64,000 nucleotides of DNA from NCBI GenBank assembly GCA_002633005.1, contig NMRA01000043.1, forward strand, positions 92,737 through 156,736, read 5' to 3'. The notes beneath the pieces were generated by a model. It saw only the letters and a program-made list of their open reading frames with translations, ran no database searches and was not told the DNA's origin. How positions within the stretch are numbered: the stretch's first letter is position 1; every line of letters starts with the position of its first letter. This document shows positions 53,762-64,000 of this stretch, one piece after another. The position numbers were made by a program, and so were the translations under genes. The DNA is from Phoronis australis (Eukaryota; Animalia; Phoronida).

Positions 53762-56700
53762 CTGCAAAACAGTTACAAAATGATTGTAACGAGAAAACAT
53801 GAAGATGAAGATGATCACAATAAGCCTAGTATCTCGCATGTTTCTGCAATGATGGTTCACATGTTATTGATAAATAGGAAAGAAATCAGGTATACTAAAT
53901 TAAACTAAATACTTTCAAAAACAAACAATAGATAAACCAATGAAACATCCATGCTGCCCCCACATTAAACCAATGTGACTACATTTAAAGTCACAGACCC
54001 ACAGCCTTACATACAAGTTGCATACACCACATAACAACACAATTACAGTAATACAAACTTAAGATGACCAGCCACAAATAAGTAAGTGCTCTGAGAAACT
54101 GTTCAAGTTCAGGGTATGTACGGAAACGTTTCGGATTTGACAATCTTTGGTATATCATAACTTAGAAATTGCAGATTGGAAACAGTTTTACAAGCAATGC
54201 TTTATGCACTCTTCTCCAAAACGCTGCAAGCAATTTCTCTTAAAATGTTAGAAATCTGTACAAGGGGCTATCAAAAATAGGACTTCCATAATTTTCATGA
54301 AAAAAACAAAAGCTGCATAAACGAATATAAAATATTTACAAAACTGTAACAGCGTTCTTAAGACTACATTTATATCAAATGAAATTTGGGCCAAGTTATT
54401 GATACCACTTTTTTAAAATAAATACACCTTTCTGTTTTTGCTGAATTTGAATGAAAAGACATGGTCACATGACCCAATTTATGTCAGATTAGTATGAAGT
54501 TAAAACTCAAAGTCGGCACTCTACTTTCAGAAAACATATTATACAGAGTGACCTAACTTGTTATAGTTTTGATCATATTTGACTAAATGCTCAGACATGA
54601 TCGTGTTGTACACAACCTTGAGCGAAGATCGTACTAATCTGCACCCAATTCGTGCCAGTTTCACAACGCTATATTTAGCATGTCTCACCTATAATGGCCA
54701 CAACATCAGCCAACATGTGCCTCCTCGACAGCTTGTCTAGTGCTGCCTGAAACCAGACAATGAGAAATTAGTCATGCTCTGCATCACGTCTAAAGATTGA
54801 CAGAGAACCCTTGCTTTTTGAGAGGCACTAATGAACGAAATACAGAGAACAACAGGTCAGTGCTACTTTCATGGACACTCAACACTCAATCAAGAAATTA
54901 TGGTGAGTCAGTAACTGCTTTCTCATTAACCACAGACAAAACAAATTCAGTCTTCATGTAGAAAACAGAATTGAATCAACTCAAATATGCTAAAAACCCA
55001 AGTTCTGTTGAAGAAATTTGCCCAGTTACTGCTATACGATTGGCCTCAACGTGCTCCTCACTCAGAAGATAAGTGATTTCTAGGTTTGTGTAGAACTGAC
55101 TGTTCCTTACTGTTTGAGACCGTGCTAAGCGAATAAAATGGCACGCCATGACGAGTTGAATCTCAAAAATCACATCTATGACTGAGGAACAATATGATAC
55201 CACTTTAATAACCGCAGTAACTGGTCTAAATCACATCTATGACCGAGGAACAATATGATACCACTTTAATAACAGCAGTAACTGGTCTAAATTACATCTA
55301 TGACTGAGGAACAATATGATACCACTTTAATAACAGCAGTAAGTGGTCTAAATCAAGACGTTTTTGTGAAAGACGACAGATTTGAGTACTAAATAAAGCA
55401 CTCATTTTACTAGACAAGGTATTTTTGTGTGCTTAACATTAGATTTTCCGTAAAAATGACTACGCTTACATTATTCATTTAAAAATGGTGGACACCTCTT
55501 TTATGGATATTATTTGTAACAAAACATCTCCTTGTGAATGAGACTATTAACTGTTACCAGAAAACTGCATCAAAGCATTTAGAGTTTAGAACTGGCTTCT
55601 GAAAAACTAACACCGACACTTGCATTTGAACTCAACAATCTGACCAGGTTAATGGAAATAAAACTGCAGCCGTCAGCTGTATGGAGAACAGGCTGACTTC
55701 TTGTCCTGACACTAGATGTCACTGCTTCATAACCCTGGGCGGCATTTAACTATAAACTTACCAGATGTGTAAAGCCTGGTGCTCTTATCTTACATCTGTA
55801 TGGTTTGTTTGTTCCATCGGAGACCAGGAAGACGCCAAACTCGCCCTGAAACACCCACTATGCAGGATGACGTCTGCTGTTTACTCATGTTACACCCCTC
55901 AACTGACCATGCAACTCTTGTGTAACAGTGGCATTTAAAAGTCATAACTGCGTCAAAGTCATCTAGTCTATTACAAAAGTCAACTGCGTCAAAGTCATCT
56001 AGTCTATTACAAAAGTCATAACTGCGTCAAAGTCATCTAGTCTATTACAAAAGTCATAACTGCGTCAAAGTCATCTAGTCTATTACAAAAGTCATAACTG
56101 CGTCAAAGTCATCTAGTCTATTACAAAAGTCATAACTGCGTCAAAGTCATCTAGTCTATTACAAAAGTTGATGAAGTCTGTAGGACATTGGAAGAAAATT
56201 AGCAGTGAATGAATGAATGAATTGTTAAAAACTTTCACAGATTCTTGTTAAGATTTAGCCAGCAATATTTTGACAACTACCAGTGTGTTAGATGGCCAAT
56301 GCAATATTTTTCATTGCTACACAAATAATTGACAATACATTAAATACAAATATTTAGCCCAGAAAGCAATCACTATATCCAGGCTTTTAATAAAACAATG
56401 ACTTGCTTAAGCAAAACATTATATTGAGCAATGCAATAAGAACTCGTGGTTGCTCATTTAGAGTAGAATTTGACTTCAAAATCACACAGAAATCTGTTGA
56501 AAGTCTTATGTAAAACTTGTCATGTCCATTGACAATTAGCGTGTGCACCAGATGATAGAAAACTGTACAGAGAATACGAGCGTCTGTGAAGCTATGAAAC
56601 AAAAAATACAGTTACACGTTTATCTTATAATTTAACGTCTAATTTTGTGTCATGTATGTAAACCTGGATACAATAAGTTGATTTCTAAGTAAATTGACTG

Positions 56701-59700
56701 TGCTTTTAATCATTTATGTTTATAAAAGAAGTTTGCAAACTAACACCAGAACTTTCCAATTCACCCAATCACCCTACCTTGGGAGCCTCGATGGCCGTGT
56801 AGGTGGAGCCGGGTGGAACATTGTATCCCTCTGTGAACAGTTTGAAGTGGTGAATCAGAGCCTCCATTGAAGTCTGAAAAGATTACACAACCAATCAGAG
56901 CATATCAGATGACAAGTAGGCTTAATGGATATCAACATTATAGCCATTACATCATCAGCAACACTCCCGCACGTATTTCACGTTATGATTATGCAAATCA
57001 CTAGAATGGAAAAACAAAATGAGAACCTTTCAGCCTTTTGCGAAACTGAATGGAAACACATAATGATTAATGATGAAAATGAATGATAACAATTAAAGTA
57101 TGAAGAGGTTTTTCATAAACAGGTATTACAGTAATAAAGTATGCCATGGAAAACACTGCATAATTATGAGATTTCACTAAGAATGTTCATAGTCAACTGT
57201 TAAATTGCCAGGTAAAAAATTCTCACATGTTCAAACCAGGCCTAAAAATTGTCCATCATTTTCAATTCTCAACTGTTTACTGTTTGTTTATGTAGGACAT
57301 TCAGTTATAGCCACTAGATGGTGCAAAAATGTCCAATGCATCTGAAAACGGGAACATGTCGTCGCTTCTTTAATAGAAAGCTATTTACCAAATTTCATAA
57401 AAATCTGTCAAGGAACTTCAGAGAAACAAACGAAAATGAAAACAAGAGCAACGCTTAGCGTTGAAATGCACCCACGAATGCATTGCAAATGGTGTGCTTT
57501 TAGGGATATTTATTTGTATCATAAAAATGGCCACTAGATGGCGCAAAAACATACAATCCATTCAAAAACAGGAACATGCCACATTTCATAAAAATCTGTC
57601 AAGGAACTTCAGAGAAACAAAGGAAAACAGATTAAAATGAAATTGCCACTAGTGGGCACAGTGTCCGTTGGATCCGCCTGAAAGTCGTCGTCGTCTGTTG
57701 TTATCTTCATATAAATACACTTACTAAATTTAGTAAAGATCCTGCAGTGTGTCACGTTTTTCCCCGTGTGTGGGTGGGCGCAGGTTGTTACAGACCGGTG
57801 CTAATAGCTTTCGGTGCGAAGACTGACTGAAGACTGGTTCGAGTTAATCCTTTATTAATCCCGACCGTACGTTCACAAGCCTACTCAAACAAAACGTCCG
57901 ACGTAATGTCTATTTATGCTCCAGCCAGTGCTGCGAAGCCTTGACTTGTGATGAGCTTCTGAGACACGTTCAGCAACTGTTACACTCATCTATTCAATAA
58001 CCTGCTGTCTCTATAGCTGGCTCTCTATTGACTATCGTTGTAACTGCTGATTCTCTTCACTACAACTCAACTGTAGTTCTCCTGATTAACTTTCTTGAAC
58101 TTACTTGATCTTCTCTTGACCTCCCGACTTGATCTCACTGACTTAATCTTCTTGGACTCAAGTGACTTAACACAAACCTGTGCTTGTGTATTTATAGCCT
58201 AATGCATTGTTCTAGAACTTTTCATCAATTCAAGCACATACCATAACTTTCTGGAACCTACCCAATCATTCTACAAACATGTACTAGTCTCTAGAATATT
58301 CCAGACTGCATTAATCACTGTCATGCTAGAGTCTTCTAGGAAGTTCCACACTATACTGCAGTAAACAAATTACATCATCACTATTCTGACCTCAGTCTTC
58401 TAGAAAGTTCCACACTATTTTGTAGTAAACAAATTACATCATCACTGTACTTAACTCAGGGGTCATGCCAATCAAACAGAATAACAAAACAAAATAATAC
58501 AACTAAAATACTGTCAGACTATATTCTGACACAGTGGGTTTAAGAGATACAACTTTGAGCGGAAAACAAAACTACCACTAAAAGGCGCCACCGTAGTCAG
58601 TCACCAACATCAAAGGTCATCTTCACACTGAGAACATATATGCCAATTTTCAAATGATTTGGTTGTTACAGGGATGGACACCAAAAACAAGATTTGAAAA
58701 CAGCAAAAACTAGGTGGTACAAAATACCTTGATTACATCCAAAAACAGGAATATGGTGTCATCACACCAATAGACGCCTGTATTTAAAATTTTATGAAAA
58801 TCTGTTGAGGACCTTTGAAGATACTGAGTTAAACATGAAAAAACTAAAATTGCCACTAGGGGGCACAGCAGTAGTCAGATCTGTCCAAAAGTCGTCGTCA
58901 TCCGTAGTCAACATCATATAAATACACTTGCTAAATTAAGTAAAGATCCTGCAAACGGTTTAGGAGATACAGCCACAGGCGCAACAAAAACAAAACTGCC
59001 ACTAGGAGGCGCCACAGTAGTCAAAATCGTCGTCAACCGTCCTCTTCATAGTAAGCATATACATGCCAATTTTCACAATCATCCTTTGAGCGGTTTGGTT
59101 GCTAGAGGGGTGGACGCAAAAAAACAGTAAAAATGGCCACTAGGTGGTGCAAACTACGTCGAATCCATCCGAAAACGGGAGGATAGCATCATCTAACTAA
59201 TAGGTGCCTACAAACCAAATTTCATGAAAATCCGTTCAGGACTTTTGAAGATAAAAAGGTAAGCGTAAAAAACTAAAATAGCCACTAGGAGGCACACCGG
59301 TAGTTGGATCCGTCCGAAAGTTCGCTCATGCCACCCCTTTCATGAATGGAACATATGTGCCAAACTTCATGAACGTAAGTCAAAGGGTTTTGGGGATAGA
59401 GCAGCGGACGCCGGACGGACGCCGCTAGACGGACGGAGATGACGACATAATGCATCTACATATAAATATATGGGCGCATAAAAATGAAATTGGCACTATT
59501 GGGCACAGTATTCAATGGGTCTGCCTGAAAGACGTCGTTGTCTGCTGTTAGCTTCATATAAATACAATTACTAAATTTAATAAAGACCCTGCAGTGTGTT
59601 TAGGAGAGGCAGCTATGGGCACAAAACAAAACAAAACTTCCACTAGGAGGAGCCACAGTAGCCGAATTCATTATCGTAAACCATCTTCTTCACACTGAGA

Positions 59701-62700
59701 ACACACACGCCAATTTTTAAAATCATCCTTTGAATGGTTTGCATGATCGAAAACGGGAAAAATGACCACTAGGTGGTGCAAAGTACCTCGATTCCAAGTA
59801 CCTCAATTCCATCCAAAAACAGGAGGATAGCATCATCTCACCAATAGATGCCAAATTTTCTGAAAATCGATTGCGGACCTTTGAAAATATAGAGGCAAAC
59901 CTAAAAAGCTAAAATTGCCACTAGGGGGCACACTGGTAGTCAAATCTGTCCGAAAGTTGTTGTCATCCATAGTCAACATCATATAAATAAACTTGCTTAA
60001 TTTAGCAGATCCTGCATAACGGTTTAGGAGATACAGCCATGCGCGCAAAAAAACAAAACTGCCACTACGAGGCACCACAGTAGTCGAAGTCCTCGCAAAA
60101 TCATCATAAGCTTCATAGTAAGAATATACATGCCAGTTTTCACAATCATCCTTAGAGTAGTTTGGACGCCAAAAAACTATAAAAATGGCCACTAGGTGGC
60201 ACAAACTATGTCAAATCCGTTCGAAAACAGGAGGATACCGTCATTTCACTAATAGATGCCTATATGCCAAATTTCATAAAAATACGTTGAGGACCTTTGA
60301 AGATAGAGGTAAACGTAAAAAATAAAATTGCCACTAGGGGGCACACCGGTAGTCAGATCTGTCTGAAAGTTGTCGTCATCCAGTGTCAACATCATATAAA
60401 ATCACTTGCTAAATTTAGTAAAGATCCTGCCAAAGTTTAGGAGTTACAGCCATGGGCGCAAAAAACAAAACTGCCACTAGGAGGCACCACAGTAGTCGAA
60501 AATCATCGTCAGCCGTCCTCTTCCTAATATGAACATACATGCCAATTTGCACAGTCACCCTTAGAGTAGTTTGGTTGACACCAAAATGGCCACAAGGTGG
60601 TGCAAACTACGTCGAATCCCTACGAAAACGGGAGGATAGTGTCATCTCACTAATAGATGCCTATATGTCAAATTTTCTGAAAATACGTTGAGAACCTTTG
60701 AAGATATAGAGGTAAGCGTAAAAAAAATAAAATTGACACTAAGGGGCACATCGGTAGTCGGATCCATCCGAAAGTTCGCTCATGCCGTCCCAACCACAAA
60801 AGGAAGATATGTGCAAAATTTCAAAGGGTTTTGGAGATAGAGCAGCGGACGCCGGATGGACAGAGATGACAGCATAATGCGTCCACATATAAATATGTGG
60901 GCGCATAAAAATGACCACCGCGTGGGCGCAGCAAGCTCAAATCCGTCTCAAAATGAGAAAGAGATGTGGAATTCTTATAAATTTATTTGCCAGATTTCAT
61001 GAAAATCCTTGCAGGAACTCCTAAGACACACAAGTATTTAACGTAAAACCTTACAATAGCCACTAGGGAATGCAGCAGTGGTCAGATCCATCTGAAAGTC
61101 ATCGCCAACCATTATCAGGTTGATAGGAACACATTCTGCTAACTTTCATGAATACCCGGTAAGAGTTTAGGATATAAAGCAGCAGACGTCGGATGACAGA
61201 TGTCTAGACATTGCATTTAGATGTCTGGCATACAGAGATTTTGACCACAGCCACAAGAACATGTGTCTTTTAATTGTAATCCACGTACAATTATTTTATA
61301 GAGCTCAACCATTGGGTTTGGAGGCTTCTACCAGACACTGAATTATTTTTAGACATTTGAATGCAAGTAGATCAACCAAGTGAATATGACTAATTACCTT
61401 CATCTCGCTACGGCTTGGCGGGCAAACCTTGTGGTCATCCACCTTGATCTCACCAGGGGGCATCTTGTTCAGACACTGATGGATGATGCGCAGGCTCTGT
61501 CGCATCTCCTCCATTCGGATTAGATACCTGAGGATGATTGTCATAACAGTAGAAACATTGCAGTGTCGAAAATCATACATTGTGTATATAACGTGTTGAC
61601 AGAAACCTATAAGTTTCGTATGTATGTCACCAACTTAATTTTAATGCAAATACTGTTATGTTTAGGCAAATACCGTTATGCCTAGACTTTTTTTAAGAAT
61701 CGATAAAACTACAGGAAATTTACTAAGCCTGTGTGCATAATTTACACAGAAGATTACCAGAAAGCAGCCTTGTCTACCAACGACGCTACTTTACTTAATT
61801 TTAAGAAATCAGTACAACACATTTTCACTCACAACAAATTCAGAAGAAAACTTTCATCAACTTTCTCGACACAGGTAAATGAACATTAAGCAAGTTGTAG
61901 GACTAATATGACTGCATAGCAGATGCATATTTTTGAGAACATTCACCAAAGCCTTAAGCTTAAGAAAAATGGTGGAGTGGCAATATTGATCAAATGATTC
62001 GTGTTGTACACAACAAATTGATCAAACTAAAACAAAAATTGCTGCTTGCGATACCTGTCGTAGCAGTCCCCATGCTTGCCAATGGGGACGTCAAATTCTA
62101 CTTGGTCATAAGCGTCATAAGGCTGTACTTTGCGTATATCCCACTTGATGCCTGAGCCACGCAACATGACACCACTACAGATAGGAAAGTAATTATTATA
62201 ACAGTGATATGGTAAGAGGGATGGTGAATGATGTATAGTACAAATCAAAAGGATGCCTGACCCACACAACATAACACCACTACGGATAGGAAAGTAATTA
62301 TTATAACAGTGATATGGTAACAGGGATGGTGAATGATGTACAGTACAAATCAAAAGTAATCAGACAAACTACAGTTTCACAGTCACCATGCCCAATTCTG
62401 TTAACAGCAAAAATTACTGGTAATAAGCATGGTGGTGGCAAAAATAGAATTCATTCGCCATCTTACTAAGTTTCCTGTTAATTTCCCTTCATTCTGGGTC
62501 TCGGGGAAAAAAAATTCTAACAATGAATTTGGCTTCTGATTTGGGCCATTCTGTCTAAAGAATTTCTGGCATGTACTGTATAAGAAGGGTGTCATAAAGA
62601 ATGTGCTTGGATATTCAGTCTCATAGCTATGAAGCTGCCAACTGCTTCTGCAGGCAAACATCACTTTAATGTGATAATCCACATGTGAAAGTAATATCAC

Positions 62701-63305
62701 TGAGTTTTCATTATTCGTCAATATAGAATTGTAGCAAGCGTTTCTAAGAAAAGCGTTATTTTATTAATTTTGAGAAAAGTACCCATGAACAAGACACCTT
62801 CAAAAGATGAAGCTTTTAAGGTATATCCCATAAAAATATTAAATGAAGGAGTTTTTGTAGAGTGGGAACACGGGATACCAGACTCACCATGAAGCCACTT
62901 CTGACTCATCCTACGTGGCCCATAAATGTGATGCTTTGTATGTCAATCAAAGTTGCCATGGCATCCAAAAACACCCATTGACACATCCGTGTACTGCAAC
63001 AAACCTCTATGGCCCGTGTCTGTAGAGAAGACTGGAGTCTAATTTTGAACTAATTGCAGAACTCCAGCTGTCAATTTAACCCTTACTGCACCAAGACACA
63101 CACACACGCACACACACACGCACACGCACACACACACACACCTCATTCCTAGGTTCATGGCGTCTTCAGCCGACACCACGCCGATGTCCTTTGTGCGATT
63201 GATCCAGATGCGATTTTCAGTTAACATGTTATCCACCTCGTCTATACGTTGGCCAAACTTGGAAATGAACTCGTAGATGTCGTCCATCAGTCCCAGCGGC
63301 ATGTC
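53724..63305 (-). CDS. NDUFS2: NADH:ubiquinone oxidoreductase 49 kDa core subunit, 3' seven exons (5' part beyond window)
   Basis: Exons join in frame: [11 protein letters not shown]..; [22 protein letters not shown]; [11 protein letters not shown]..; [16 protein letters not shown]; [20 protein letters not shown]; [10 protein letters not shown]; [12 protein letters not shown]. Confidence 0.98.
54689..54746 (-). CDS. NDUFS2: NDUFS2 exon
   Basis: [19 protein letters not shown]. Confidence 0.97.
55167..55353. repeat. Minisatellite, 61-bp unit x 3
   Basis: aaatcacatctatgactgaggaacaatatgataccactttaataa.. repeated. Confidence 0.93.
55762..55845 (-). CDS. NDUFS2: NDUFS2 exon
   Basis: [28 protein letters not shown]. 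Confidence 0.97.
55937..56168. repeat. Minisatellite, 38-bp unit x 6
   Basis: aaaagtcataactgcgtcaaagtcatctagtctattac repeated. Confidence 0.95.
56778..56873 (-). CDS. NDUFS2: NDUFS2 exon
   Basis: [32 protein letters not shown]. Confidence 0.97.
57300..60910. mobile_element. Two nested DINE-1/HINE-like elements (inner ~57442-59482; outer ~57300-57441 + 59483-60910) in an NDUFS2 intron
   Basis: Reverse-complement relatives of 29223-30984. The inner copy starts acaagagcaacgcttagcgttg and ends with (gacg)n plus hairpin ..gggcgcataaaa; the same terminal hairpin recurs at 60877-60906. Confidence 0.8.
57750..58531 (-). mobile_element. Solo LTR (782 bp) inserted in the HINE-like element
   Basis: TGTCA..TGACA termini; 5-bp TSD CAGTG (57745-57749, 58532-58536); minus-strand TATAAATA (~58190) and AATAAA (~57855). 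Confidence 0.88.
61398..61527 (-). CDS. NDUFS2: NDUFS2 exon
   Basis: [43 protein letters not shown]. Confidence 0.97.
62055..62174 (-). CDS. NDUFS2: NDUFS2 exon
   Basis: [41 protein letters not shown]. Confidence 0.97.
62147..62356. repeat. 105-bp tandem duplication spanning an NDUFS2 splice acceptor
   Basis: gatgcctga..caccacta..gataggaaagtaattattataacagtgatatggtaa..tacaaatcaaaag occurs twice, 105 bp apart. Confidence 0.95.
63097..63141. repeat. (CA)n microsatellite forming the NDUFS2 donor site (GTGTGT..)
   Basis: Interrupted CA repeat directly abutting the exon end at 63142. Confidence 0.95.
63142..63305 (-). CDS. NDUFS2: NDUFS2 exon
   Basis: [54 protein letters not shown]. Confidence 0.97.
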
Positions 63306-63795
63306 CTGCAGCAATAAGTAATGATTAGGGATGCCGACACAAGTTGCTCACCAGGACTGGTGACTACCAAACTTTACATAGTCTACTCAGAAATCCAATA
63401 ATGTAGCATGCTTCGAGTACCTTTCGAATTCCACGTGATGAGACTGGTTAATATTCTAGCCAAGGCTCAAGTATATAGTTTGGTGGTCACATTCAGGAAT
63501 CTTCAAGCACAGTTCAGCTAAATACTGTACTGCACATTGTAATAGGAAATATAGCACTCTGAGGTACATTTTAGGACACTCTGTTTCTGGTCGTTCATGA
63601 AAATTAAACAAAAATGACAGCATGGACGAAGCTCCAGTTACAGAGTAGCCCCTGTAACAAGATCATTTACAAGACAGTAAATAATTAATAAGTGACTTCT
63701 GAATATTAAACATATTTACACATCTTGCAAGGCTTTCTAGCCCTGAATATGACGTAATCTAGTGTGAATATTGAGGTTGGGAACTGAACTTAATA

Positions 63796-64000
63796 CAAGA
63801 GCAACGCAGAGCGTTGAAATGCGCCCACAATTGCACCGCATACGGTATCCTTCTAGGGTTGTTTATTGGTACCATAAAGTGGCCAGTAGAGGGCATATAT
63901 GTAGTATGTTGTACTTTGCAAAATGGAAAGGCATGGTCATTGTCTCCTCAATAGGCTAGGGGCAAAATGTGAGTAATCTTCATAATACAAGCACATCCTA
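63796..64000. mobile_element. Start of another HINE-like element
   Basis: acaagagcaacgcagagcgttgaaatgcgcccac matches the terminus at 57442; ggccagtagagggca motif at ~63881. Confidence 0.65.

Noticed and set aside
53000-63305. NUMT or bacterial nuoD origin of the complex I sequence
   Set aside because: It has canonical spliceosomal introns, so it is the nuclear NDUFS2 gene.

Overview
This is intron-rich, AT-rich animal genomic DNA, most likely from an invertebrate (probably a lophotrochozoan; the taxon is an inference). It has three assembly gaps. There are two convergent housekeeping genes. Glycerol kinase (+) has coding exons from 19729 to 47634; exon 1 was not found, and there are two candidate alternative last exons, one short and one encoding a hydrophobic tail anchor. 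The 3' seven exons of complex I subunit NDUFS2 lie on the minus strand at 53724-63305. Upstream are a two-exon gene for a secreted PAN/Apple + Caspr-type fibrinogen-like protein (3262-5053) and a partial duplicate of it near 16.4-17.75 kb. Mobile DNA is abundant: a decayed CR1/L2-type LINE, a full-length decayed Gypsy element nested in a long-TIR element, an RNase H LINE fragment, a truncated Gypsy, a THAP-bearing Kolobok-like element, several MITEs, a solo LTR, DINE-1/HINE-like elements and many minisatellites. The most notable observations are: (1) HINE-like elements whose internal ~147-bp subunits each carry a CTCF-consensus-like motif, forming same-orientation arrays in introns of both genes; (2) an in-frame 105-bp duplication of an NDUFS2 splice acceptor; (3) a soluble-versus-anchored C-terminal switch in glycerol kinase. 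All coordinates were read by eye and no searches were run.
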